A DNA stretch of 63,214 bases, counting the filler, from Octopus bimaculoides (taxonomy: Eukaryota), in assembly GCF_001194135.2 (NCBI RefSeq). It is 6 parts of 6 records of this genome, joined end to end, with 100 filler letters (N's around TTAATTAATTAA, not from the genome) between each part and the next. Parts side by side here need not be neighbours in the genome. Positions count along the whole stretch, not along the records: positions 61,453 to 63,214 come from NC_068992.1; 5 more parts are not named here. One strand, written 5' to 3'. Below the pieces are notes generated by a model, which was not told the origin of the DNA, did not search any database, and saw only the letters and a program-made list of their open reading frames with translations. Made by a program: the position numbers and the translations under genes. Of this stretch, positions 61,453 through 63,214 are shown one piece after another. The first letter of the stretch is position 1. Each line of letters begins with the position of its first letter.

Positions 61453-63214
61453 GTGAATGCCATGTAAAAACTAGTTTCATTTGTCAGCCATTTCACCAAA
61501 CTCACAATTCATACTTTGCGGAGTGCTGCCATATGCCATGGTAGAAAAGGGAAAAGTTAGGTAGCCTCAGGTTACCCTAACAAATCCTAACTCAGGTATA
61601 GGATTCCTGCTGTGACAAATTTTAATTATTAAGATTTATAAGCTTTTGGCTGCATTTACTGGCACAAGATAGCTACATATGCATATTCAGAGTGGAGCAA
61701 ACGCGTACGTGTGTTATATGTTTAAAGACTGAAGAAAAAAGCCAAGTCTTTTCAAAATGATTTTCTATTTAATTCGTATAAAATTTAGCAAGCGGGTTGC
61801 TAATATCTGCGCTCTTTTGGATCGTTGCGTTCCTGTGTCTCAAATTAGTTGATTATTGATTTTCTTATATATAGAATAATTACTGAATCAGTTAGTTTGG
61901 ATTAGATGTACATCTTAGACGATTGTTAGGAAGAAATCATGCATGACCGGCAAAGAAGCCGAGGTGACTTTTTCAAGACTAAAATCTAGGGTTAAATTTT
62001 AGGCCTATATGACGTCATATGCGGTGTGTACGACAACTTTATGTATTAGTTGGAGTGATTTTCTGATCTTCATTATTGCTTTCGGCTGTGTACGTTCCAG
62101 TTTTTTCCAGGTATCTTTTGATTCACCTTACTGCCGTGCTTGGGATAGAACGCAGAACCTCTAGGTGACTGCACTGCATTTCAGTGCCTTTATCCACTAC
62201 GCTATACCAGTAGGCAGTGTCAAGATTTTATTACGATAAATTTATTAGCTTCAGTGAAGATAACTGACATTGTAACAGCATTAAATATGATAGCTTATAT
62301 CATTTGCAGCAAACACATATTTTGACAGTTTCCGAACTGTTTGCTTAATTTGTAAAAAATAGTCCAGTTTTAAGATAGCCATTAAAGCTGTCTATAACAG
62401 AAAACCAAATAAATTTGGAGAATTGTTGATGAAAGTGTTTTGGAAAGTTACGTTTAAATTTTAAAATTGTTTTAAAATCACAGTAGTTTGAAAGATTTCA
62501 ATGTCGTTACATATCATTTCTGCTCCGTTCATATAATTGATACCAAATTCTTATTTAAATGTGTTTTTGATTCTATTATTACAATATTTAATTGGATAAT
62601 TACCGCTCGAATTACTATCTAGGGCACTGGGAGTAACGTTTTGTTATAATCCTTTTTTTTCTTCTTCTTTCTGCTGTTGACTCAAACCCTGAAATTGTGG
62701 CAGTAAGTGGGTTGGTCTTACACGTCGTCTCCAACAATGTACTGACACTTATTTTATTGACTCTGAAAGGATAAAAGGTAAAGTCGACCGAGTTTGAATT
62801 TCATACTTTCGATAAAATAAATACCAGTTGACCACCAGTGTCGATGAGATTAATTTCCTATTTCCCGAAAAGCATCAAGTATTGTACCAACAGTAAAAAC
62901 GATTACTTCTGTATTAGTATATTGATTATTATGAGTCTGTTTTAACTTTTATGCTATTTACATAAATTTGTAATTATCCTGCTAAACACTCAACAATTGT
63001 TTCTAAATTATGCATCTACCATTTTGAGGAAATACAATATCAGAAATTATTCCTTTATTCTTTAACTTCTCTCAGTCATTTGGCTGCGGCCATGCTGGAA
63101 CAATGTCTTTAGTCGAGCAAATTGAACCCAGGACATATTCTTTATAAGCTTAGTACTTATTCTATCGGTCGATTATTAGTACTTATTCTATCGGACAAAT
63201 TTGTTTTAGTCTCT

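Overview
AT-rich, microsatellite-dense animal genomic DNA; the SINE/LINE repertoire looks like an octopus-type cephalopod (inference). Five identical 100-bp artificial spacers (44 N + TTAATTAATTAA + 44 N) cut the window into six pieces that may not be contiguous. Piece 1 (1-30371) holds the 5' ends of two head-to-head genes. Dynactin p150Glued (DCTN1, minus strand) has two CAP-Gly exons, a probable 75-aa N-terminal extension exon and an upstream UTR exon. VPS51 (plus strand) has exons 1-3, and exon 4 was not found. They share a ~200-bp CpG-rich bidirectional promoter. The rest is transposon debris: several tRNA-SINE families, mariner/Tc1/maT/Tigger remnants, hAT and piggyBac-type MITEs, and R4/Dong-, HERO-, RTE-, L1/Tx1- and Penelope-like fragments. 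The most striking unannotated signal is six minimal type-I hammerhead-ribozyme motifs in unrelated repeats, including one in the 3' part of a tRNA-headed SINE and one at the junction of a retrozyme-like tandem repeat. There is also a pre-miRNA-sized hairpin and an orphan exon candidate. All folds and alignments were done by eye.
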